Assembly (NCBI GenBank): GCA_037189525.1
Contig: JBBCJC010000001.1
Location: 365 to 64,364 of the forward strand
Direction: 5' to 3'
From: Gemmatimonadales bacterium
GTDB lineage: Bacteria > Gemmatimonadota > Gemmatimonadetes > Gemmatimonadales > GWC2-71-9
Length of the DNA stretch: 64,000 nt
The position numbers and the translations under genes are program-made. Below the pieces are notes generated by a model. It did no database searches. It saw only the letters and a list, made by a program, of their open reading frames with translations, and was not told the origin of the DNA. Shown one piece after another: positions 26,001-35,102 of this stretch (within the stretch, counting starts at the first letter, position 1; each line of letters begins with the position of its first letter).

Positions 26001-27131
26001 ATGAAACCCGCAGACCTTGAGAAGGAGATTTCCGAAGCTCGGCGTTCCATCTCGTCCGATGGCTATGCGATGAGCATTGGCGAGATTACGAACCTCTATC
26101 GCGACGGCGAGCTCATAATTCGACCCGAGTTCCAAAGACTCTTCCGATGGACTTCATCGCAGAAATCTCGCCTCGTCGAGAGCCTCCTTCTCGGCATTCC
26201 GCTACCCTCCATCTTTGTGTCCCAGGCCGAGGCGGGGAACTGGGAGCTGGTTGATGGGCTGCAGCGCATCTCGACTATCCTGCAGCTCCAAGGAGAGCTC
26301 AAGGGCCAGTCCGGCGTCGTTTTGCCGGCGTTGGAGTTAGAGGCGACGAAATACCTACCAAGCCTCGCTGGGCGCACGTGGCACAACGACGACAAGGACA
26401 AGAGTCTCACTGAGGCTCAGCGATTGGACGTGAAGCGCTCGAAGATCGACGTCAAGATCATTAAGCGTGAATCATCCCCTGCCACAAAGTTCGACCTATT
26501 CCAAAGGCTGAACAGTTACGGGACTAGCCTGACACCTCAAGAACTCCGCTCCGCAATGCTTGTTGCAGTCTCTGGAGATTTTTTCAGTTGGCTTGAAGGC
26601 TTGACAAAGCTTAAGTCATTCGAGACGTGTGTCACCTTAAGCGAACGCTTGATGGACGAGCGATTCGACCTTGAGCTTGTGGTACGTTTTCTGGTTTTGC
26701 ACGACTGGCCAACCAAGCGTCTCAGTCTCTCAAATCTTAGGGACCTTCCAAAAATCCTTGACGACGAATCTGTCCAGCTCGCAACAAACTTCCCCATGCG
26801 TGCAGATGAGCTCGAGCAATCATTTCGCTCGACCTTCGACTTTATCGCAGCACGTGGCGGAGAGGACGTGTTCAGAAAATGGGACAGGGGACGTAGGATG
26901 TTCGTTGGTCCATTCTTAAGCACAGCCTTTGAGGTCTTTGCCTTGGGTATTGGCTACCAGTTTTCTCAGCGAGCGCAACCGCGAGACGACCTACTCGAGA
27001 TCGTGAAGGAGTTTTGGTCCAAGCCAGAGATGAGCGGAGGTTTCGCGACAGGTAAGTCAACGGAGCGTCGCTTGGTAGATTATATACCTGTGGGTCGGGC
27101 GATAACCGCGAGCGCGCCACATCAAGCATGA
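26001..27131 (+). CDS. DUF262 (ParB-like / GmrSD N-terminal-type) domain protein without a DUF1524 nuclease domain
   Basis: IRPEFQRLFRW and WELVDGLQRISTI match the DUF262 FQR and DGQQR blocks. At 376 aa, no HNH/His-Me C-terminal motif is seen. The ATG directly follows the TAG of the FRG gene (25998-26000). Confidence 0.75.
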   Translation: MKPADLEKEISEARRSISSDGYAMSIGEITNLYRDGELIIRPEFQRLFRWTSSQKSRLVESLLLGIPLPSIFVSQAEAGNWELVDGLQRISTILQLQGELKGQSGVVLPALELEATKYLPSLAGRTWHNDDKDKSLTEAQRLDVKRSKIDVKIIKRESSPATKFDLFQRLNSYGTSLTPQELRSAMLVAVSGDFFSWLEGLTKLKSFETCVTLSERLMDERFDLELVVRFLVLHDWPTKRLSLSNLRDLPKILDDESVQLATNFPMRADELEQSFRSTFDFIAARGGEDVFRKWDRGRRMFVGPFLSTAFEVFALGIGYQFSQRAQPRDDLLEIVKEFWSKPEMSGGFATGKSTERRLVDYIPVGRAITASAPHQA

Positions 27132-27690
27132 CATCGGGATCCCGAGAGAATGGACAAGTCACGCATCTGTGATCGGCTCAGGCTTCAGCTCATTGGGGAT
27201 TCTGCTTGATTCGGCGTCTCGTGGAACTAGCGGCCGTAAGTGCGTGGTCAACCCCGTAAGCCGTGGCGGAGGGACCATGGAACAGACCAGCCACACGGCG
27301 GCTTTGAGTAGCATATGACGCACCCTCGCTAGCACCACGTTATTGTAGATTTCGCCACGGTCGCGGCCCCACTCCGTTTCCGCACGGAGGCCATGTCGCT
27401 TTCTCCAGGACCAGCATCAGGACAACCTTCGCTGGACCGTCGATTCGTCCCCGCATGTGTCCGAATACCTCGATGTGGTTCGGATAGATACGAAGAGGTC
27501 TCGACACATCGTTGACCGAACCTGATTTGGACGTTGATATGCCCTCAATTGCTGGCCATCAAGTTATCTTGGCCCTGCTGCGGGATACATTCGAAACCGA
27601 GGCCAGCTGCTGGATCGGCCTGGTAATCGAGCATGACCGGAGTTCGAATACCTCCTGTCTCAGCATGGCCCCGACAAAGGCGAGACTGCG

Positions 27691-29457
27691 ATGAGAAGCA
27701 CTCCTGTATCACGAGCGCGAGGGCTCACCCTAACAGCCGGCGCCCTGCTTGCAATCGGCTGCACTCGCCCAGCACCGCCGTCGACAGCTTCGCCACTAGC
27801 AGGTAAGCGGGCGGAAGGGCGAGCAGGCATGGTGTCAGCTTCGCAGCCGGAAGCCACGCTCGTCGGCGTCTCGGTACTGCGCGCAGGCGGCAACGCCGTG
27901 GACGCGGCCGTCGCCACCGCCTTCGCCCTCTCCGTGACCGACCCTTCCCAGACCGGGATCGGCGGCGGTGGCGCAGCAACCGTCTGGATGCCAGCCACCC
28001 AGCGCACCGACCACCTGTCGTTCTACGGCCGAGCCGGCGAACGACCCGAGTGGGGCACCGTCGACACCGACTCCCGCGCACCGGGCCGAGGCGCCGCCAC
28101 GCCAGGCATGGTGAGCGGCCTCCTCACCCTCCACGAGAAGTACGGTCGCCTGCCCCGTGCGCAGGTCATGGCACCCGCGATCGCGCTCGCCCGCGACGGC
28201 TTCACGGTGTCGCCCCTGCTCGCCCGCACCATCACGTCCTCGCGCGCGCGCGTGCTCGAGGAACCCGGCGCCGCCGCGCGGTTCATGCCCGACGGAGAGC
28301 CCCTCCGCCCCGGCGACCGGCTCGTGCAGCCGGAACTCGCCGCCGTGCTCGAACGGATCGCCGCGGTCGGACCCGACGGGTTCTATCGCGGCCCGTTCGC
28401 CGAGCGGCTCGCGCAACACGTCCAGTCCCGCGGCGGCCTCATCACCGTGCGCGACATGGCCTCGTACCGCAGCACCTGGATGCGCCCCCTGTGCACCCCG
28501 TGGCACGGCCTCACCGTGCTCGGCGCGCCGCCACCGATGGGCGGCGCCGTGGTGCTGCAGATGCTCCACCTTGCGGAGCAGTCGGGACTCACCCGCTCGG
28601 CAGGCTACACCGAGTCGCCAGCAACCGCCACGTCGTTTGCGCAGCTGATCCGAATCGCGCAGGTCGACGGACAGCGCTGGCGGGGCGACCCGGCCGCCGT
28701 CGCGGTACCGGCGCGGGGCCTGGCCAGCGCGAGCTTCGCCGCCGCCCGCGCCAGTGAGCTGACCGCGCCGATGCGCGACAGCCTCTCCTCCGGCGATCCG
28801 TGGAATGCCGACGCCGAGTCGCCGAGCGGCGCCTGCGCAGGGCTCGATCCGTATCCTGCGGCGCAGCGCTCAGCGAGCTCGGCGTCCGACGCAGCCGCTG
28901 CCGAATCGGGCGGGGCTGACAGCAGCTTCACCTCGCACCTGAGCGTGGTGGACCGGGACGGCAACGCGGTGTCGATGACCACCACCGTGGGCGTGCTCTT
29001 CGGTTCCGGCGTCTGGGTCGACGGCGTCTGGCTCAACTCGATCGGCCGCAACTTCGACGCGCGCACCCGAGGCACCGATCGCTACACTAACTCCACCATG
29101 TCGCCCACGATCGTGCTCGACGGGCGGAACGTGCGGCTCGTGGTGGGTGCGGCCGGGTCGCAGTACATCCAGCCGGCCATCGCGCAGGTGAGCGTGCGGA
29201 TGCTCGCGTTCGGGGAAGATCCCGCCATGGCGCTCGCTGCGCCGCGCCTCCATCCGAACTGGAATTCGCTGGAGGTGGAGGTCGAGCCCGGGTTTGGGCC
29301 TGACGTGTACAGCGCCCTGGTGGCGCGCGGGTTCCGGCCGCGGTCTCGCGTGGGTGATATCATGTTCGGCGGGGTGCACGCGGTGTACGTGACGCCGGAC
29401 GGGCGGCGGATCGGCGCGGCAGATCCGCGGCGGGACGGCTACGCGGCGGCCCAATAG
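27691..29457 (+). CDS. ggt: gamma-glutamyltransferase
   Basis: GMVSASQPEATLVGVSVLRAGGNAVDAAVATAFALSVTDP and the autoprocessing/nucleophile block TSHLSVVDRDGNAVSMTTTVG are typical of GGT. Confidence 0.85.
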   Translation: MRSTPVSRARGLTLTAGALLAIGCTRPAPPSTASPLAGKRAEGRAGMVSASQPEATLVGVSVLRAGGNAVDAAVATAFALSVTDPSQTGIGGGGAATVWMPATQRTDHLSFYGRAGERPEWGTVDTDSRAPGRGAATPGMVSGLLTLHEKYGRLPRAQVMAPAIALARDGFTVSPLLARTITSSRARVLEEPGAAARFMPDGEPLRPGDRLVQPELAAVLERIAAVGPDGFYRGPFAERLAQHVQSRGGLITVRDMASYRSTWMRPLCTPWHGLTVLGAPPPMGGAVVLQMLHLAEQSGLTRSAGYTESPATATSFAQLIRIAQVDGQRWRGDPAAVAVPARGLASASFAAARASELTAPMRDSLSSGDPWNADAESPSGACAGLDPYPAAQRSASSASDAAAAESGGADSSFTSHLSVVDRDGNAVSMTTTVGVLFGSGVWVDGVWLNSIGRNFDARTRGTDRYTNSTMSPTIVLDGRNVRLVVGAAGSQYIQPAIAQVSVRMLAFGEDPAMALAAPRLHPNWNSLEVEVEPGFGPDVYSALVARGFRPRSRVGDIMFGGVHAVYVTPDGRRIGAADPRRDGYAAAQ

Positions 29458-29535
29458 GTCTCGAGCGCGCACGGACAAGCGATGGGATCGATGCGAAGCT
29501 ATCTATCTCGACTACGGATTCGGCACGGACAAACG

Positions 29536-30033
29536 ATGCGCCATACATTCCGCCTCCGATCTCTCACCCTTGCCGGGCTCGTGCTCGGGATGCCCCTGCC
29601 GATGGCCCCGTCGGTCGTTGCAGCGCCGCCGCGCGACTACGCTGAGCGCCCTGTACGGGAGTTCCTCAAAATCCACTTCGCGGGGTCACGCGATTTTACG
29701 GCACGCGGGCTCGACCGGAAGGAACGGTTTCTCTCCCGGCGTTTCCGCCGCGGCATCTACAGCTTCTTTGAGCGGGTTGCGAAGACGGACTCCGCACCTC
29801 CGCTCGTGACCGACCCGTTCACGGGAAGCCAGGGCGCGGCGACCTATGCGATCGGTGACGCGCGAGTACGGGTCGAGAAGGCCTGGGTACCGGTTCGGTT
29901 CAGCGACGGGACGAACGAGTGGACGCTGACGTACCTGCTCCGCAACGACTTGGAGCGGAACGATGAGCGGTGGTACATCGACGACATCGAGGATCGGCGC
30001 GGGATGCTGCTGTCTCGGATCCTCCGCAAATAG
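29536..30033 (+). CDS. hypothetical secreted protein (DUF3828-like)
   Basis: ATG 29536 gives MRHTFRLRSLTLAGLVLGMPLPMAPSVVAAP (signal). The C-terminal WTLTYLLRNDLERNDERWYIDDI resembles DUF3828-type proteins, a weak call. Confidence 0.55.
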   Translation: MRHTFRLRSLTLAGLVLGMPLPMAPSVVAAPPRDYAERPVREFLKIHFAGSRDFTARGLDRKERFLSRRFRRGIYSFFERVAKTDSAPPLVTDPFTGSQGAATYAIGDARVRVEKAWVPVRFSDGTNEWTLTYLLRNDLERNDERWYIDDIEDRRGMLLSRILRK

Positions 30034-30066
30034 GTCGGCGCCTGGGCTACTCGGCTGGCAAGCCGG

Positions 30067-30810
30067 GTGACCGGGCCAATACGCACCCCGAAACTGAAGG
30101 GCCGATCAGTGAAGCGCTTTCTCGTTGCGATTCCGACCACTGATGGCGGCGGCGTTGAAGTCCATCCGATGAAAGAGTGGCTTCGCCAGAACCCGTCCGA
30201 AGTACCCCCGGGATCGCACCCGACAACCGACACATCTCACCGACTTCGCGATGCACTTCGGAAAGCCGGCTGGGTTGTACAGGAGAATGAACACGAAGTC
30301 AGACTGGTTCGCACCACGGATTCGTCGACGCTATCCCAAATTTCGCAGGTTTTGGGCGACGAGTCAGAAGACGGGGAGGACACGGACGACGCCGGAGATC
30401 CCAGCTTTGGACTCGAGTATCAGTTGCGTGATTTTCTGGCTCAGAATATCGAGCGCTTCCCCATTGATGGGACAACGCTCAAGCTGTATGTCGACCCGAC
30501 GGGCCGCGACGGCGTGGAATATCCCACCGATGTCGGACCCATCGATATCCTGGCGGTCGACCCCATGGACAACTTCGTCGTCTTTGAGTTGAAGCGTGCA
30601 CGAGTAGCCGACAGGGCCGTAGGACAATTAGCACGGTATATGGGCTGGGTCAAGCACACGATTGGCCGCGATCGCAACGTTAAGGGAGTGATCGTCGCAA
30701 AGACTATTGATAAACGGCTTAGATACGCGGCGACCGTAGTGCCATGCGTCACGCTGCTCGAGTATACCGTTGAGTTCCACCTTCACCCTGCTCACGACAT
30801 TGGAACATAG
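30067..30810 (+). CDS. NucS-like PD-(D/E)xK nuclease-family protein
   Basis: The C-terminal block GPIDILAVDPMDNFVVFELKRARVADRAVGQLARYMGW fits the D...(D/E)xK...QxxxY pattern of the NucS/DUF91 catalytic domain. The local sequence is AT-richer. Start uncertain: GTG 30067, GTG 30109 or ATG 30169. Confidence 0.6.
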   Translation: MTGPIRTPKLKGRSVKRFLVAIPTTDGGGVEVHPMKEWLRQNPSEVPPGSHPTTDTSHRLRDALRKAGWVVQENEHEVRLVRTTDSSTLSQISQVLGDESEDGEDTDDAGDPSFGLEYQLRDFLAQNIERFPIDGTTLKLYVDPTGRDGVEYPTDVGPIDILAVDPMDNFVVFELKRARVADRAVGQLARYMGWVKHTIGRDRNVKGVIVAKTIDKRLRYAATVVPCVTLLEYTVEFHLHPAHDIGT

Positions 30811-30918
30811 CGCGATCTTGCCGGCGCTGTCCGGACTTGCCCTCGGGCAAATCGTAGCGGAACTTCTCTGACCATCGAAGGTTCAGTCTCGCCCTAGCCG
30901 GACCGGAGGTAACGAATA

Positions 30919-31944
30919 GTGCGTCACCTTTTCGGGGATGCAGTTCAGAGCCTACGTAGAACACCCCTGATCACCGCTGCCATCGTCCTTACCCTGGCAA
31001 TCGCAATTGGGGCGAATACCGCGATCTACTCGGCAATCCACGCTGTCCTGGTTCGGGACCTTCCCTACCCCGGTCCAGACCGGATCGTCCGGGTCGCCGC
31101 CACGTTCCACCCGTCGGTTCGGCTCCCGGGATTTTCGGGTGCTGGGGGCCAAGACGGCGAAGCTCACTTCTCTGATGCCGGGTACTGGCACTTCGTCCGA
31201 ACCAACCGCTCGTTCGCCGAGATGGGGGCTTACCGCCCGGGCCACCAGTCAACGCCGCTGGCAGGTAACGGCATTCCCAACCCGCTCCAAGTCTCGATGG
31301 CCCAGCTGTCCGCCAGCGCGTTCCGAGTGCTGGGCGTTCATCCAGTGGTTGGCCGGCTACCGACCGCCGAGGAGGATCTGCCGACAGGACCACGGGTAGC
31401 GCTGCTGAGCCACCGACTCTGGGCCAGCCAGTTTGGGTCGGACCCGGCAATCCTCGGCCGCACCATCCAGCTCTGGGGAACGGCGACCGAGGTGATCGGG
31501 GTGATGCCGGCCAGCTACACTTTTCCCTTCCCAGAAACCGATGTGTGGATTCCGCTTCGCCTCAACCCTGCAAGCCAACTCCTAGGCCATAACATCGCGG
31601 CCATCGCTCGACTCCTCCCGAATGCCACGACGACCTCAGCAACCGCTGATGCGAAGCAATTGATCGCTCAGTTTGATAGAATCGGGTATCCGGCGCGGTG
31701 GCTCACGACCGTCTTCGACGGAAACGCCAGGGTCTGGACGCTCAAAGAAGACATCGTCGGTAACGTTCGCCGGCCTATGCTGCTGGTCTTTGGTACCGTG
31801 GACTTCGTACTTCTCATCGCCTGCGGCAACGTTGCCAACCTGATGCTCGTCCGTGCTGAGCAGAGGCACCGGGAGTATGCAGTACGGCAGGCGTTGGGAG
31901 CCGGCAGAGGGTGCTCGTTCAGATCCGCGGGCTTCGGCGTATGA
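30919..31944 (+). pseudogene. truncated ADOP-type ABC permease (N-terminal ~330 aa only)
   Basis: GTG lies 8 nt after GGAGGT. The N-terminus and MacB-like periplasmic domain are typical. Similarity ends after CGNVANLMLVRAEQRHREYAVRQALGAGRG, with stop at 31944. The intact paralogues in this window are 818 and 895 aa. Confidence 0.65.
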
Positions 31945-31978
31945 ACTAAGTTGCCCCTGGAGTCGACGGACCGTACCT

Positions 31979-33046
31979 ATGCCAGTTCCGATTCAGTTCG
32001 TCACCACCAGTGATGGGGTCCGTATCGCCTTCGGCACGGTGGGCGAAGGGTCTGCAATCGTCTTTGCCTCGAACATCTTTGGCGACCTGGGTTCCTATCT
32101 CGCGGGGTGGCCAGGTACGGCCGCCCTGATCAATCACCTCGCCGCCGTGGGCTGGCGCGTCGTCATCTACGACGTGCGGGGGATGGGAGCTTCCGATCGC
32201 GATGTGGACGCGCTCGACCTCGCCGCCCGCGTCCGCGACCTCACGGCGGTGGTGGAGGCGCTCGGCCTCGATCGCTTCGCCCTGGGAGCATACGACATCG
32301 GGGCCGCAACGGCCGTCGCCTACGCAACCGACCATCCCGAGCGTGTCGCTCGGCTCCTCCTCATCAGTCCCTGGGCATCCGGCGCAAAGTACCTCCAACT
32401 TCCCAAGCTGCGCGCCGCCTATGCGTCCGAGCCGGTTGTCGACCGAGACATGACGCTGTTCGCCAGGATTCTCGGAAGCGTCGCGACGTCGTTTGAGGAC
32501 ATCGACCTGGTGCAACTCCTGACGAATCGAATTGTGAAGGACTCATCACCCGCCGGCCTCGCCGCCTACAACGATGCGAACCGAGATATCGAGATCGGCC
32601 ACCTGTTACCGGACGTTCGGATGCCCACGCTCGTCGTGCATGAGCCGGCCTTTCCGTTCGGATCGTTCGACCTCTGCCAGGAGGTGGCAGCCGGAATACC
32701 GGGAGCACGTCTGGTCGTCGCCCACGGCAATTCCCTCGCCGGCCGTGACCACCAGGGACTCATCCAGGCCGTCACGGGATTTCTACCCGGCCAAACACCG
32801 CCCGTTTCCACGCAGTTGCGCAGGGGCGTCCCATCCGCAGCGAGCGACCTGACGGAACGGGAGCTCGAAGTGCTGCGACATCTCGCTTCCGGGGCAACCA
32901 ATAAGGAGATTGCCGCGGGCCTTCGGATTGCCGTAACGACCGTGGAACGACATCTCGCCAACCTCTATCGCAAGATCGGCGCGCGGGGGCGTGCCGATGC
33001 GATTGCGTACGTGTTCCGCCACCTGCGTCCAGACGGGTCAGACTAG
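31979..33046 (+). CDS. alpha/beta-hydrolase domain fused to a C-terminal LuxR-type HTH
   Basis: ATG 31979. The N-terminal TSDGVRIAFGTVGEGSAIVFASN...VVIYDVRGMGASDR is alpha/beta-hydrolase-fold-like, and no clear GxSxG nucleophile is seen. The C-terminal LTERELEVLRHLASGATNKEIAAGLRIAVTTVERHLANLYRKIG is a LuxR HTH. Confidence 0.7.
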   Translation: MPVPIQFVTTSDGVRIAFGTVGEGSAIVFASNIFGDLGSYLAGWPGTAALINHLAAVGWRVVIYDVRGMGASDRDVDALDLAARVRDLTAVVEALGLDRFALGAYDIGAATAVAYATDHPERVARLLLISPWASGAKYLQLPKLRAAYASEPVVDRDMTLFARILGSVATSFEDIDLVQLLTNRIVKDSSPAGLAAYNDANRDIEIGHLLPDVRMPTLVVHEPAFPFGSFDLCQEVAAGIPGARLVVAHGNSLAGRDHQGLIQAVTGFLPGQTPPVSTQLRRGVPSAASDLTERELEVLRHLASGATNKEIAAGLRIAVTTVERHLANLYRKIGARGRADAIAYVFRHLRPDGSD

Positions 33047-33057
33047 CTGCCACCTGC

Positions 33058-33870
33058 ATGTTTCGTCTCATCGGCGACTACATGGTTGCCAGGATGCACG
33101 AATTCCCGGCGTCACGTACTCTTGCGAGCATGAGCGACGAGGTCGCCGTTCCCGGAACATCCGTCGAGAGCCGAGCCGTCCATCGATCGTGGCGGATATC
33201 GTGGCGACGGCACTTCTTTTCGTGGTTCGCGATCGCGTGTGCAATCGTCGTCTTTGCCGGCTTTGCGCCGACGTACTTCCTCCGGGCCGCATCCGACCAG
33301 CCACCGCTCTCCGCGCCGGTTCACCTGCACGGCGCGCTCAATACCGCCTGGATCCTCCTGCTCATCGTACAAACCCGGCTGGTCGCCGCCAGACGCATCG
33401 CGATGCACCGCGCCCTCGGCGTCGGGGGCGCGGTGCTCGCAGGCTCGATGCTCATCGTCGGCTACCAGGTCGCGATCGACTTCGGTCGACGGACGGCGGA
33501 TACGCCGATCGCGAAATTCCTGATCATTCCGATGGGAGGGCTGCTCGTCTTCGCAGTGCTGGTCGGCGCCGGCTTGCTACTACGACGGCGGGCCGAGAGT
33601 CACAAGCGCCTGATGGCCCTGGCAACGATCGAGTTGCTGAATGCCGCGGTCGACCGACTGCCCGGCGTGATGGCGGCAGGACTGGCGCCATTTTACTACG
33701 GGACCGACCTGCTCCTGCTGGCGCTCGTCGCTCACGATGTCATTACCCTCCGCCGGATTCACCCGGCAACGGTTTGGGGAGGCGGGTTCCTCGTCTTGTC
33801 ACAAGTCCTGCGAGTGCAGCTGCTGGATAGCCCGCAAGGGCTGGCGATTGCGCAGTGGCTTACGAGGTAA
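33058..33870 (+). CDS. hypothetical integral membrane protein
   Basis: 270-aa ORF with several hydrophobic helices: FFSWFAIACAIVVFAGF, WILLLIVQTRLV, LGVGGAVLAGSMLIVGY and LIIPMGGLLVFAVLVGAGLLL. Start uncertain. Confidence 0.55.
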   Translation: MFRLIGDYMVARMHEFPASRTLASMSDEVAVPGTSVESRAVHRSWRISWRRHFFSWFAIACAIVVFAGFAPTYFLRAASDQPPLSAPVHLHGALNTAWILLLIVQTRLVAARRIAMHRALGVGGAVLAGSMLIVGYQVAIDFGRRTADTPIAKFLIIPMGGLLVFAVLVGAGLLLRRRAESHKRLMALATIELLNAAVDRLPGVMAAGLAPFYYGTDLLLLALVAHDVITLRRIHPATVWGGGFLVLSQVLRVQLLDSPQGLAIAQWLTR

Positions 33871-34052
33871 CCGAGCGCCACGCCATCGACCCAGCGCTCG
33901 CCGTCATCGAAACACGATCTTCGGGATGCCCTCCCATCCACCGGTCCCATTGGCGACCACCTCGTCGCCCGGCAATGACATCTCGGAGCAGTTCCCCTGC
34001 CAAGTGTGCGTTACCTCACAGCCCGGAGTTGCTACCAGGGTTAGGTTGGATC

Positions 34053-34976
34053 ATGCGCCGAACGACCGCCACCCTCCTCACCGCCGCCCTGTTTGGCTGC
34101 GGGAGCGAGCCGCTGCCCCCCGAGCCGCCAGTCGCGGCAGACCCCGCTGGCCTGCGTGTCAGCCTCGGAGGTCCCGATCACCTGCTGCTGGGCAGGACCA
34201 CCCGGGTCCAGGTTGGCGCCTACCGGCAGAGCGGCACCCCGGTGGAGATCGACGGCAGGATCTCCTTCCGCTCGACCGTGCCTCAGGCGCTGACCGTCGA
34301 CACCGCTGGACTGGTGACCGTAGCTGACTCGGGCAGCGGATACATCGTAGCAAGCGCGGAAGTTGGCGGCCGGACCCTGGCCGACTCGGTGCGCATCGTC
34401 GGGGTCGATCCGGGATTCCAGCTCCGCATTGCGCAGCCGGGGCATCCTCACCACTACAACGTTCCGCAAACCGGACCGATCGTCGTCACGGCACTCAGCC
34501 GACACGGCGATACTATTCCATCTCCGCTGCCCGTCACCGTCCGGTCGTCTGACACCTCGGTCTACCGTGTCAACGCGGATGGCACCATCTCCGCGATCTA
34601 CCCTGGCGAGGCCTACATCATCGCTTCGGCCATGACGCCCTACGGCGAGGTGGCCGATTCGCTCAGGATGCTGGCGGTCTGTGTCGGCATCCAGATGGAT
34701 CTGGCCGAGCGCCCGGCAAACCCGTTCCGCGTAGGCATGTCGTTTCCGATGGAAGCCACGATTCGGATCTGTAATCAGGCGATCGAGATCCGTCCCCCAA
34801 CCAGTTGGCAATCCTCGAACCCCGAGATCGTCGAGATCGATTCCGTCAACCGGAAAGTGCGCGCAGTAGCCCCGGGTCATGCCACGATCGTGGTGACCGC
34901 ATTTCACAATGGTTCGGCAATCCAGTTGAACCACATCCCCCTCACGGTCGAGCCGGCGATCGACGACCCGGAGTAA
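34053..34976 (+). CDS. lipoprotein with bacterial Ig-like (Big_2-type) domains
   Basis: ATG 34053 gives MRRTTATLLTAALFGC (lipobox). Repeated blocks are LTVDTAGLVTVADSGSGYIVASA, VYRVNADGTISAIYPGEAYIIASA and IVEIDSVNRKVRAVAPGHATIVVTA. Confidence 0.75.
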   Translation: MRRTTATLLTAALFGCGSEPLPPEPPVAADPAGLRVSLGGPDHLLLGRTTRVQVGAYRQSGTPVEIDGRISFRSTVPQALTVDTAGLVTVADSGSGYIVASAEVGGRTLADSVRIVGVDPGFQLRIAQPGHPHHYNVPQTGPIVVTALSRHGDTIPSPLPVTVRSSDTSVYRVNADGTISAIYPGEAYIIASAMTPYGEVADSLRMLAVCVGIQMDLAERPANPFRVGMSFPMEATIRICNQAIEIRPPTSWQSSNPEIVEIDSVNRKVRAVAPGHATIVVTAFHNGSAIQLNHIPLTVEPAIDDPE

Positions 34977-35102
34977 GGGCCGCCCCCCGCGCGCATTGCC
35001 GCAGCCGGGTGTCGTAGTTGCGCTACCGGAAATTGTATCTCACATTGTATACAATAACCGGACCTCCCCGTCCCTCCGACAACCGTCTCCCGAGGACCCA
35101 TC

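Noticed and set aside
27639-27655. A tRNA T-arm-like sequence, GGAGTTCGAATACCTCC, at the island border, which could mark a tRNA integration site.
   Set aside because: The flanking 5-nt stems do not pair (CGGAG versus ACCTC). No acceptor, D or anticodon arms can be built from the surrounding sequence.
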